Of a stretch of 64,000 bases of DNA, positions 30,053 to 42,768 are shown one piece after another. The notes beneath the pieces are model-generated. The model was not told the DNA's origin and searched no databases. It worked only from the letters and a program-made list of their open reading frames with translations. Every line of letters begins with the position of its first letter. Within the stretch, counting starts at the first letter, position 1. Position numbers and translations under genes: made by a program. Source of the stretch: the human T2T-CHM13v2.0 reference genome, Homo sapiens; the NCBI RefSeq assembly GCF_009914755.1, contig NC_060930.1. One strand, written 5' to 3'.

Positions 30053-30560
30053 GTATCAGTTTTCTGTTGTGATGTAATGAACTACCCCAACTGATCAGCT
30101 TTAAACAACTGATTATTTGCTTAAAATTGTTGGGTGGCATCACTGGGTAGTTCCTATGCTGTTGTGTTTTTTTTTTTTTTTTTCTGTTTTTCTGGGATCA
30201 CTCACTCATGTGGTGGTAGTCAGTTGAAATCTCAGTAGGGCCTGGATGGACTAAGATGACCTCACTCACATGTCTGGCAATTGGTGCTCACTGTAGGCTG
30301 GGATACCTTAAATCTCCTCCACATGAACTCTCATACCATAGCAGGCTAGTGTGTTGTTTTTTTACTTGGCAACTCCAGGGAAGATTTCTAAGAAGGTAAT
30401 AGAAACAACTTTAACACCTATTGACACTCTGCTCTGAAGTTTCATAATATGCGATTTCTTTTCCATCCTATTAGCGAAGGCACAAGGCTATCTCAAATTT
30501 AACAAAACAAAACATTTTGATGAAACAAGAGAGCAGTTTAATGGTGATATTTTCCTCTTG
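30053..30560 (-). mobile_element. MLT1 (F/H-like) LTR
   Basis: 'tatcagttttctgttgtgatgtaatgaactacccc...ctcactcacatgtctggca' pattern. Confidence 0.55.
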
Positions 30561-30599
30561 CATCTATCATCCTATTTGTATTTAAGCAGAGCTATGGCA

Positions 30600-31315
30600 T
30601 CTTACACTCAATGGGTTGGCTACTATCTAAAACAAAACGAGAAAACAGAAAATACAAGTGTTGTTGGGGATGTGGAGAAATTCAAAGTTTTATACACTGG
30701 TGGTAGGAATATAAAATTGTATAGTCACTGTAGAAAATGGTATAATAGTTCTTCAAAATATTAAAAATAGAGTTATTATATGATCCAGCAATTCCACTTT
30801 GGGGTATATACCCAAAAGAATTGAAAACAGTGTCTCATAGAGATTATTTGTACACCCGTGTTCATAGCAACATTAACTGCAATAACCAAAACATAGAAGC
30901 AAACCGTGTCCATCAATGTATGAATGGATAAAAATATGTGGTATGTACATGCAATTAAATATTCTCCAACTTTAACAAAGAAGGAGATTTTGACATGTGC
31001 TACAACATGGCAGATCGTGAGGTCATAATACTAAGTATAACAAGCCAGTCACAAAAGGACAAATACTATATTATTCTACTTATATGAGGTACCTAGAAGT
31101 AGGCAAATGCATAAAGGCATAATGTAGAATGATGTTTGCCAGCGGCTGGAAGGAGGCAATGTGAAGTTGTTATTTAATGGGTACAGTTTTAGTTTTTTAA
31201 TATGATATGAATTCTGGAGATTAACAATGTGAATGTACTTATGCAAATGAAGTGTGCACTTAGAAATGGTTAAGATAGCAAATCTTGTATTTATTTTACC
31301 ACAATAATAAAAAAC
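30600..31315 (+). mobile_element. L1MB-type 3' end
   Basis: 'gatccagcaattccactttggggtatatacccaaaagaattgaaa' and 3' terminus 'gtatttattttaccacaata'. Confidence 0.8.
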
Positions 31316-31334
31316 ACAAGCATAAATTATTTGA

Positions 31335-31825
31335 CATTGTTTTAGAGGCAGACTCTGCATCTTCTCCCTTTGAATCTAAGATGAGTTCCTGACTTGCTCA
31401 AAACCAATAGAAAGAGGCTGAAGTGTGATGCATAAATTCTGATGCTATGTGGAGAAGACAATATAATTTTGTGTTCCTTGCTGCAACACTTGCTTGTGGA
31501 GCACTGAGTTGCCATATAAGAAGTCTGATTGCTGTGTGGCCACCATGCTGTGGTGAGAAAGCCCAGAGCACATGAAGAGGTGATGAGTAAATGCTACCAA
31601 CAGTCCCAGCTGAAAGTCTCAGAAAACAATCAACATCAACTGACTGACACAAAAGTGATGATGCTTCTAGATGATCCTAGCCTCCAGCCATAGAGCCACA
31701 TGCAGTCCCTTGAGTCTTTCCAGCAGAAGATCCAGACAATATGAGACAAAGTCAAGCCATTCTGACAATGCCTGGCCCAAAGCACACAGATTCTGCAAGC
31801 TTTATAAAATGTTTTAAGTCTTTGT
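31335..31825 (+). mobile_element. MLT1G/H-like LTR
   Basis: 'ctccctttgaatct...gagttgccatataagaagtctga...ccatgctgtg'. Confidence 0.55.
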
Positions 31826-31827
31826 TC

Positions 31828-33062
31828 TTATAACAGCTTTTTGGAGATATAACTTACATACATACTATAAATTCATCATTTTAAAGTATGTATTCACATA
31901 GTTGTGCAACCATCACCTTTATGTATTTTTAACACTTTATCACCAAAATAGAAAGCCCATAACCATTAGCAGTCACTCCCCATTCTACTCTATTCCAATC
32001 CTACTGCTATACTAGAAATTTCGCATAAATGGAGTTATACAGTATGTTGCCTTTGTGTCTAGTTTGCTTCACTTAGAATAAGATTTTCGGAGTTCACCCA
32101 TGTTGTGGTAAGTATCAGTACTTCCTTTCTTTATAAGGCTGAATAGTATTACATAGTATAAATATACCACATTTTGTTTATCCAATCATAGGTTGATGGA
32201 AACTTTTGATGTTTTCTACTTTTGAGCTATTAGGAATCATGATGCTATGAACATTCACGTACAAGGTTTTACATGGACACAAATTTTTATTTCTTTTGGA
32301 TATATATTCATGAATGAAATTTCAGGGTCATATAGTAACTTTTTGTTTAACATTGTGAGGAATTGCCGGTATGTTTTCCAAAGTGGTTTTCCCATTTTTT
32401 TCAATCCCACCAGTGATGTATGTGGGTTCTAATTTGTCAGCATTCTTGTCAGCACTTTTTTCTGTCTTTTATTTTAGTTATCCAAGTGGGTGTAAAGTAA
32501 CATGCAACTTTAGTCTTTATTTGCATTTTGCTAATGAATAACGATGTTGAGCAACTTTTTATGTATTTGCTAATGATATGTGTGTATTCTTTGGAGGAAT
32601 ATTCATGTCCTAAAACTATTCAAATTAGAAAAAGAAAATATGTAGGATGAATAAGTCAAAAGATTTAATGTGCAACATGAGGATTATAGTTAATAATAGT
32701 GTATTGCATTGAGAATTTTTGTTAAATGAGTAGATTGTAGTTGCTCTTAACATGGTGGGGGAGATGGGTAACTTTGTGAAATAATAGATATGTTAATTTT
32801 TTTCATTATAGCAATGATATTAAGGTATATATATATATATATCTTATAACATCATGTTATATACTCCAAATATACACAGTGAATTTTTCAAACAAACAAA
32901 TATATTGCCCATTTTTAATTGAGCTATTTGTCTTTTTATGATTGAGTTGTAAAACTTCTTTAGCTGTTCTAGGTATAAGTCCCCTATGAAGATACATGAC
33001 TTTCAAGCATTTTCTCCCACTGTGTGTGTTGTCTTTTCATTTTCTTGATGGTTCCCTTTGAA
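31828..33062 (-). mobile_element. L1MB/MC-type 3' region, with a nested plus-strand old L1M 3' end at about 32620-32895
   Basis: Antisense L1M 3' motifs ('gatgctatgaacattcacgtacaagg', 'gatgttgagcaacttttt'). The nested piece reads 'aacatgaggattatagttaataatagtgtattg'. Confidence 0.7.
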
Positions 33063-33136
33063 CCATGCAGAGCAAGATTGATTTTCTCGGTATTTCCTCT
33101 TATTATTTGCTAATATACCTACTGCTAGCAGGTCAT

Positions 33137-33200
33137 ATAGTTAGATTAGAAAATAGTTAGATTAGAAAATAGTTAGATTAGAAAATAGTTAGATTAGAAA
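33137..33200. repeat. Perfect 16-bp minisatellite (atagttagattagaaa) x4
   Basis: Four identical units read directly from the sequence. Confidence 0.95.
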
Positions 33201-33555
33201 AGTAGTTTTTATTCTGAATGCCTTCTTTAGGAGGAGTTACTTTTCTTTCTTTATTTTTTGCCCAAATTGATAAATTTATACTTATTAATACTACCTCTAA
33301 ACTATTAATAGTTGGCATTCATAAATTAAGAGAAATATAAAATACTAAATCTGCTTTTCTAGCTTTTGAAAAACTGCAATAATAAGGATTTAGGTTAAAT
33401 ATTGTTCCCCTAATGGATTATAAGCTTGTATATGATTCCATAATAATGTAATGTAAAACATTGTTTTATAAAACAAGCTTTTAGAAAACACCTTGTATTA
33501 AAAGGCCCAGACTGGGCAGAAACAAAGAGATGAGTTAGTTACTCCCCTCAATCTT

Positions 33556-33563
33556 CTTTTTAT

Positions 33564-33595
<32 letters not shown>

Positions 33596-34853
33596 ATTAT
33601 TATTATATTTTAAGTTTTAGGATACATGTGCACAACGTGCAGGTTTGTTACATATGTATACATGTGCCATGTTGGTGTGCTGCACCCATTAACTCGTCAT
33701 TTAGCATTAGGTATATCTCCCAGTGCTATCCCTCCCCCCTCTCCCCACCCCACCACAGTCCTCAGAGTGTGATGTTCCCCTTCCTGTGTCCATGTGATCT
33801 CATTGTTCAATTCCCACCTATGAGTGAGAATATGCGGTGTTTGGTTTTTTGTTCTTGCGATAGTTTACTGAGAATGATGATTTCCAATTTCATCCATGTC
33901 CCTACAAAGGACATGAACTCATCATTTTTTATGGCTGCATAGTATTCCATGGTGTATATGTGCCACATTTTCTTAATCCAGTCTATCATTGTTGGACATT
34001 TGGGTTGGTTCCAAGTCTTTGCTACTGTGATTAATGCCGCAATAAACATACGTGTGCATGTGTCTTTATAGCAGCATGATTTATAATCCTTTGGGTATAT
34101 ACCCAGTAATGGGATGGCTGGATCAAATGGTATTTCTAGTTCTAGATCCCTGAGGAATCGCCACACTGACTTCCACAATGGTTGAACCAGTTTACAGTCC
34201 CACCAACAGTGTAAAAGTGTTCCTATTTCTCCACATCCTCTCCAGCACCTGTTGTTTCCTGACTTTTTAATGATCGTCATTCTAACTGGTGTGAGATGGT
34301 ATCTCATTGTGGTTTTGATTTGCATTTCTCTGATGGCCAGTGATGATGAGCATTTTTTCATGTGTTTTTTGGCTGCATAAATGTCTTCTTTTGAGAAGTG
34401 ACTGTTCATGTCCTTCACCCACTTTTTGATGGGGTTGTTTGATTTTTTCTTGTAAATTTGTTTGAGTTCATTGTAGATTCTAGATATTAGCCCTTTGTCA
34501 GATGAGTAGGTTGTGAAAATTTTCTCCCATTCTGTAGGTTGCCTGTTCACTCTGATGATAGTTTGTTTTGCTGTGCAGAAGCTCTTTAGTTTAATTAGAT
34601 CCAATTTGTCAATTTTGGCTTTTGTTGCCATTGCTTTTGGTGTTTTAGACATGAAGTCCTTGCCCATGCCTATGTCCTGAATGGTATTGCCTAGGTTTTC
34701 TTCTAGGGTTTTTATGGTTTTAGGTCTAACATGTAAGTCTTTAATCCATCTTGAATTGATTTTTGTATAAGGTGTAAGTAAGGGATCCAGTTTCAGCTTT
34801 CTACATATGGCTAGCCAGTTTTCCCAGCACCATTTATTAAATAGGGAATCCTT
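33556..34853 (-). mobile_element. 5'-truncated L1PA (PA4/5-type termini, centre matching the upstream L1PA2/3)
   Basis: T-rich tail from 33556 and 3'UTR. Uninterrupted ORF2 C-terminal frame 33807..34871 including the CCHC knuckle. Confidence 0.93.
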
Positions 34854-35545
34854 AAGTGGTGAGTTTTTCATATCATCTTTGCAAAGGAGGCACTTATATC
34901 AGGACAGATGCTATTCAAATAAAGAAATCTAGCATTTTATAAAAGATAAGTTTTTAACTTTCCACAAGAATTTCCTTTTTAAATGTTTTATGTAAAAGGT
35001 AAGTATGCTATATATTGCTATATTATAAATGATAAATAAAAGAATATGATTTTCATTACTATAAATTAATTTGAACATTCAAAAACTTGAAATGTTATAT
35101 TTTTGCCAAAAATTGAAATTTCCAGGATTAGAAGCCAGTTACTATTTCTTATATAATTATCTAATCTACCTAAAGGCCCACTGCTATGGTTTGAGTATGG
35201 TTTGTTTGGCCCCCACCAAGTTTCATGTTAAAATTTGTTCCCCAGTGTTGAAGGTGGGGCCTGGTAGAAGGTGTTTTGAGTCGTTGGGGCAAATCTCTCA
35301 TGAATAGCTTGGTGCCATTCTCTTTGGTAATAAGTTCTCCCTATTAGTTTCCATGAGAACTTGTTGTTGAAAAGAGCCTGACATCTGCCCACTGCCTCTT
35401 GCTTCCTCTCTGGCCATATGATCTCTACACACAGTCTCCCCTTCACCCTCTGCCATAAGTGGAAGCAGCCTGGGACCCTCACCAAATTCAGATGTGGTGC
35501 CATGCTTCTAGTACAGCCTACATAACCATGAGCCAGATAAACCTT

Positions 35546-35800
35546 TTTAAAATATATATATGTATATTTATTTATAAAATTTATTTTATAAAATTATTTA
35601 TAATATATATAAAATATATATTATATAATATATATTATATATAATATAAATATTTATATTATATATATAAAATATAAATATTTATATTATATATAAAATA
35701 TATATTTTATATATATAATAAAATAAAATATATATTTATAAAATATATATATAATATATACACAAAATATATATATTATATATACACATATATATATGTA
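35546..35800. repeat. AT-rich low-complexity / (TA)n tract
   Basis: About 255 bp, almost entirely A/T. Confidence 0.95.
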
Positions 35801-37985
35801 TAGTTTGTTTCATATGAAATTTAAGTAGTTTTTTTTAATTCTGTGAAGAAAGTCAGTGGTATCTTGATGGGGATAGCATTAAATCTATAAATTACTTTGG
35901 GCAGTATGGCCATTTTCATGATATTGATTCTTCCTATCCATGAGCATGGAATGTTTTTCCATTTGTTTGTGTCCTCTCTTATTTCCTTGAGCAGTGGTTT
36001 GTAGTTCTCCTTGAACAGTTCCTTCACATCCCTTGTAAGTTGGATTCCTAGATATTTTATTCTCTTTGAAGCAATTATGAATGGGAGTTCACTCATGATT
36101 TGGCTCTCTGTCCGTTATTGGCGTATAAGAATGCTTCTGATTTTTGCACGTTGATTTTGTATCCTGGGACTTTGTTAAAGTTGCTTATCAGCTTAAGGAG
36201 ATTTGGGGCTGAGACGATGGGGTTTTCTAAATATGCAATCATGTCATCTGCAAACAGAGACAATTTGACTTCCTCTCTTCCTATTTGAATCCCCTTTATT
36301 TCTTTATCTTGCCTGATTGCCCTGGCCAGAACTTCCAGCACTATGTTGAATAGGAGTGGTGAGAGAGGACATCCTTGTCTTGTGCCAGTTTTCAAAGGGA
36401 ATGCTTCCAGCTTTTGCCCATTCAGTATGCTATTGGCTGTGGATTTGTCATAAATAGCTCTTATTATTTTGAGATACATTCCATCAATACCTAGTTTATT
36501 GAGATTTTTTAGCATAAAGGGGTGTTGAATTTTATCAAAGCCCTTTTCTGCATCTATTGAGATAATCACGTGATTTTTGTCATTGGTTCTGTTTATGTGA
36601 TGGGTTACATTTATTGATTTGTATATGTTGAATGAGCCTTGCATCCCAGGGATGAAGCCGACTTGATATGGTGGATAAGCTTTTTGATGTGCTGCTGGAT
36701 TCGATTTGCCAGTATTTTATTGAGGATTTTCACATTGATGTTCATCGGGGATATTGGCCTGAAATTTTCTTTTTTTGTTGGGTCTCTGCCAGGTTTTGTT
36801 ATCAGGATAATGCTGACCTCATAAAATGAGTTAGGGAGGAGTCCCTCTTTTTCTGTTGTTTGGAAAAGTTTCAGAAGGAATGGTACCAGCTCCTCTTTGT
36901 ACCTCTGGTAGAATTCGGCTGTGAATCCATCTGGTCCTGGGCTCTTTTTGGTGGGTAGGCTATTAATTACTGCCTCAATTTCAGAACCTGTTATTGGTCT
37001 ATTCAGGGATTCGCCTTCTTCCTTGTCTAGTCTTGGGAGGGTGCATGTGTCCAGGAATTTGTACATTTCCTCTAGATTTTCTAGTTTATTTGTGTAGAGG
37101 TGTTTATAGTATTTTCTGATGATAGTTTGTGTTTCTGTGGGATCAGTGGTGATATCCCCTTTATCATTTTTGTTGTGTCTATTTGATTCTTCTCTCTTTT
37201 CTTCTTTATTAGTCTGGCCTAGTGGTCTACCTATTTTGTTAATTTTTTTCGAAAAACCACCTCCTGCATTCATTGATTTTTTGAAGGGTTTTTCGTGTCT
37301 CTATCTCCTTCGGTTCTGCTCTAATCTTAGTTCTTTCTTGTCTTCTGCTAGTTTTTGAATTTGTTTGCCCTTGCTTCTCTAGTTCTTTTAATTGTAATGT
37401 TAGGTTGTCAATTTTAGATCTTTCCCACTTTCTCCTGTGGGCATTTAGTGCTATAAAGTTCCCTGTAAACACTGCTTTAGCTGTGTCCCAGAGATTCTGG
37501 TACGTTGTGTCTTTGTTCTCATTGGCTTCAAAGAACTTGTTTATTTCTGGCTTAATTTCGTTATTTACCCAGTAGTCATTCAGGGGCATGTTGTTCAGTT
37601 TCCATGTAGTTGTGCAGTTTTGGGTGAGTTTCTTAATCCTGAGTTCTAATTTGATTGCACTGTGGCCTGAGAGACTATTTGTTATGATTTCCGTTCTTTT
37701 GCATTTGCTGAGGAGTGTTTCACTTCCAATAATGTGGTCAATTTGGGAGTAGAACATTGAGAACACATGGTCACAGGGAGTGGAACATCACACACGGAGG
37801 CCTCTCGGGGGTTGGGGGACTAGGGGAAGGATAGAATTAGGAGAAATACTTATTGTAGATGACAGGTTTATGGGTGCAGAAAACCATCATGGCGTGTGTA
37901 TACCTATGTAATAAACCTGCACGTTCTGCACGTGTATCCCAGAACTTAAAGTATAATAAAAAATAATAAAATAAAAATAAAAATA
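35801..37985 (+). mobile_element. L1PA7/8-like insertion with 5' inversion: antisense ORF2 35801-37745, then sense 3'UTR and poly(A) 37746-37985
   Basis: Minus-strand ORF2 fragments (36093..36644 '[10 protein letters not shown]', 36611..37273, 37239..37766) join directly to a plus-strand 3'UTR and A-tail. Confidence 0.88.
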
Positions 37986-38682
37986 AATAAATTACCCAGC
38001 CTCAGATATTCCTTTATAGAAATACAAACAGACTAAGGCACACACATAATTTGTCTTTATCTTGGCATTAAACTTTTCAAAGCCTTTAACTTTTACTGGT
38101 AGTTCAGTCTAGCCCAAACAAACAATAAAATAAATATAACATAAGTTATAATCCTGATAACATTTTGTATTTATTAGCATTTATAATGTAATAATAATAA
38201 TCATTCAAGCGTAGAAGGAGATTTTAAGGTATTCCACTTGCTGCAGGAATTGAGGACGTTAAAAAAATCAAATGAGGTTAATTGCTTAAAGATATCAGTA
38301 ATGAAAGTGGCACTTTTAATTCTAACCATCTATAATATATAGCAACTTTTGACAAGATAAATTAATAATTTACCTAATATCTAACCAAGGCCACAGCATA
38401 CCTTCAGGTATTTCCCAGCTGCTTACTGACGGATTAGGAGACAGTGTTTCATAACACTTTGTGAGCAACAGTTCCTTAATACTTTTTGTCATGTGTAATG
38501 TAATAGCAGTAGTTTCAATCAATAATTCTAACAACCTAATGGAAAATTCTATCCCCCAATAATTCTACTGGGAGTGTATTTCTCTTTACACACATAACAA
38601 ACCTGATATTAAAGTTTTATTTTGCATAATTTTAATAAACAGCATTAATTCAGTCAGATATGTGTTCAAAATCAAATTTTAA

Positions 38683-39033
<351 letters not shown>

Positions 39034-40946
39034 CAAATAGATAATTTTAAAGTTTGCGTAACATAAGAAATTTTTTCTTTAATGGCAAATACAGGTAACT
39101 TACTAAATGGTGTTATAAATTATAAGAAAACAAAACAAGGTTATTAGAAAACAAAAACAAAGATACAAGTTTTCTAAATGCTATCCTACTTGGTGTCAGC
39201 AAAAACAGAGTTTTATTTATTGGGCTTTTTATTATTTGTTCTAGTGTGTGATGTTGTCTATGTAAATTAGGTGCCACTTACTGCTGAGAATGTGAACAAA
39301 GATGGGATACGCCATAACTAACAACACAAATATGTCTTCAAGATTTTTTTTTAAAAAACTATAGTCTATAAAAGGGATAAGTAGGGTAATTTGAAATGAA
39401 GTGCAATTTTTCATTAGATGATGATGTCTTTGGATCCACTGAGGTGGTCAGGGAAGATTCTGTTTTACTTACAGGAATTTTCATTTTTAAAATTTAAAAG
39501 CTCCCTGTCTTTCTTTCTCCTACTCCCTCTTTCTCTCCTGGCAACAATAGGTCAAGTCTGTTTGGCTGTATCATAATTATTTTCATAAGTTTAACTACCC
39601 TGAGGTTGCTTGAGGTTGTTTCATATTCACTCTTTCTTCAGCTGCTGCCCAAATTCTTATCATTGCACAGTGTAAATATACACAAATGAGGAGTTCAGTA
39701 ACAATAAATCAAGTACCATACATAAATAAATGGAAACACTGTAAGAGTAATAGTCCAGCATATGTAGGAATAAGTAGAAAATGATAGTGGATATTCAGAA
39801 AAAAATTTGAATTGCGGATTGTTCTAAATTCATTGCAAATTAACATCTGAGACGCTGAATTTGTAACATAGATGAATGATTACAGAAAGCTTTACGGGGA
39901 AATGAATCTTAGATAAAATTTTGCTAGAAAGGGAGATCCCAGGAGTGTGAGATGCAATGGCATGCATAAGAATGTGGAGGAGGTAAGGACTCTTGGTGTG
40001 GTGCATATTGGTAGGGGTGGTTTCTTAGCCAGCCTCAGTGGAATACAGTAGGAAATCTCAGCCACAGATGTACAGTGGAACCATCTGGAGAACTTTTCAG
40101 CCCCATGTGTTCTTTGCCCAAAACACACTAATAAAATCCATGGGAGCTTGTCAGCCAAATTGGCAAGCTATAGCTGCTGACAGAAGTAGTTGTTCTTGCA
40201 TTTATCCAAAAAAGCAAGACCAAGTCACCTTCCATATGAGGGGTCCATTGCTTAAAACAATTCTGGTCCTTATGACCGTACCATCAGTGGGGAAGCCTGA
40301 TGTGGCAGAGAGAGAGATACAACACATGTAATCATTGAACACGTCAGGATTCAGTTGTGAGTCCTTCCTGCTTGTATGTTATTATGAATGTGATAATCCA
40401 TACATCTTTGTCTCTTTGCTTCTCAGTGTATGTTTAAATTGACTTAATAACCAACCCTTTCAAGAATTTTTGTTTGGTCTGTGAACTTTTCAATTCTGTG
40501 ACCTCTTAAATAGCTTGCTCAGTGCATACTTGGAGGCCACAACGGCAACAACATAATTTCCGACATGATGTAACCTATTTTTAAAATGTTCCACAAGTGG
40601 TTTTAATATGCAGCTCAGTTAAAAACTGCTGGGATAAAGAATTTGAAGATCCAAAGGAAAATTACAGATGGTGAAGGACTTTAGATGTGATGTTAAAAAA
40701 ATATTTCTATTTTGTTACATAGGAAACCAGGAGTCCTTTAAATACAATAATAAAGATATAAAATTTGTGCATCTTTAACATTGAATTGACAGTGGTATGC
40801 AAGTAGGACTGGATAAGGGAGATGACTAGATGCCTAACAGGAAATTAGAAGTGTTGAAAAAGACCAGTTTGGTGAAATAAACCTAGAATAAGATGATAGA
40901 ATCTGAATGGAAAGGAAGAGGACATTTTGGTCGTCTTAGATCCATT

Positions 40947-41170
40947 CACTTCCCAATTCATATTATGAAGGCAGTATTAACGAAGTATAAAAACCAGACA
41001 AAAATATCATAAGAAAATAAAACTATAGACCAATATCCCCTATCAACATACATTCAAAACTCTTTAACACAATTCTTAACAAATTATCAGCAAATACAAT
41101 CTGGAAACATAAAAAGTCTATACTATATACAATGGTGGTTTATACTAAAAATGCAAGATTAATTTAACTT
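40947..41170 (+). mobile_element. Old L1M ORF2 fragment
   Basis: 'cttcccaattcatattatgaagg...aaactatagaccaatatccc'. Confidence 0.6.
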
Positions 41171-41230
41171 TGGAGGTTTTTCTCAGTGTTCTACTCCATA
41201 CTCAATTTTCAGTAGTCCCTGCCTAGCTGA

Positions 41231-41620
<390 letters not shown>

Positions 41621-42484
41621 TAGGAGGCAGAAAATTTTGGCTTTTTGGTGATGGGGCAAAAAATTGATGGAAATGTACAAAACTCATGCTGTATTTTCCA
41701 AAATAGTGGCTGAAAGCACCCATGTTTTTAGTTTCAAGTGAATACTATATGATTTGCAGTTCATGACAATGAATCATCCATGATTCATCACACTGATTGA
41801 TATGACTTAAATGTGCAATTTAATAATTATGACCTTTAGCAGTTCATCTTTGATTTTGCCCAGGGATTGACTGTTATGCTTAGTGCTACTTTAGCTTTCA
41901 ACATTGTGAATATTGTGACCATGTTTTCTAAGTACTAAAATTATGAAGCAATTGCAATATGAAAACAAGCATGCAGAAGACATCACTGAAAAAGTAGGAT
42001 AAATTACTGGGCAATTTGAATAACAAATGAAAGGACACACACGACTGGAATAAGGGGATAAATAATCAAAACAGAGCATAGTGTACAATACATAAAAAAG
42101 AATTTGGGCTTAAACACAGGGGAGAAGAGAATAAGAAAGCACACAGGAAGATGGAAGCTTTGAAGTCCAACATGCAATAGGCAGATACTTCAAGCCAAGA
42201 AAAAGTTTTTAGCCTCCCCAAAAGAAACCAATGCTCAGATAAAAATAAGGGTGACTGAATTTGTTTGGGGATACTACATGATCAAACATATATTAAAGTA
42301 CTGTTCCTTTGATTGCTGTATGAAACTCAATAAATATACATTTCCTTATTCAAAACTGGCAATTAAAATGTTCTGTGGAAGTACTGAAGAGAAAATTTTA
42401 ATAACAGATGTGGTGCTCCCTTCAGTATGGAGATTCCTTAAAATCTTAATGAAGATCATGCTTTCCAGAGTATATAAAGTGATT

Positions 42485-42768
42485 TTTAAAAACTTTTATT
42501 TTAATAAGTTCAGGGTTACATATGCAGGTTTGTTATTACATTTGTAACATGTGCCATGGGGATTTGTTGTAGAGATTATTTCATCTCCAGGTATTAAGCC
42601 TAGTACCCACTAGTGATTTTTCCTGATCCTCTCCCTCCTCCCACCATCCACCCTCCAAAATGCCCCATTGTGTGTTGTTCTCCTCTATGTGTCCATGTGT
42701 TCGCATCATTTAGTACCCACTTATAACTGAGAACATGCGGTATTTGGTTTTCTGTTACTGCATTAGTT
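42485..42768 (-). mobile_element. L1PA13-like 3' end
   Basis: 'caggtattaagcctagtacccactagtgatttttcctgatcctctccctcctccc'. Confidence 0.8.

Larger units (their letters stand above)
35182..38040 (+). mobile_element. MSTB-like MaLR solo LTR (35182-35545 and 37985-38040), split by an L1 insertion
   Basis: Start 'tgctatggtttgagtatggtttg'. 'gccagataaacc' resumes as 'taaattacccagcctcagatattcctttatag...gactaaggca'. Confidence 0.85.

Noticed and set aside
33137-33200. CRISPR-like array
   Set aside because: Contiguous units without spacers, in eukaryotic DNA with no cas genes.
39892-40331. Overlapping 88-aa and 97-aa ORFs in non-L1 DNA (similarly 29543, 52139, 60080)
   Set aside because: No recognisable domain, codon pattern or exon structure; consistent with chance ORFs or ancient L2 debris.
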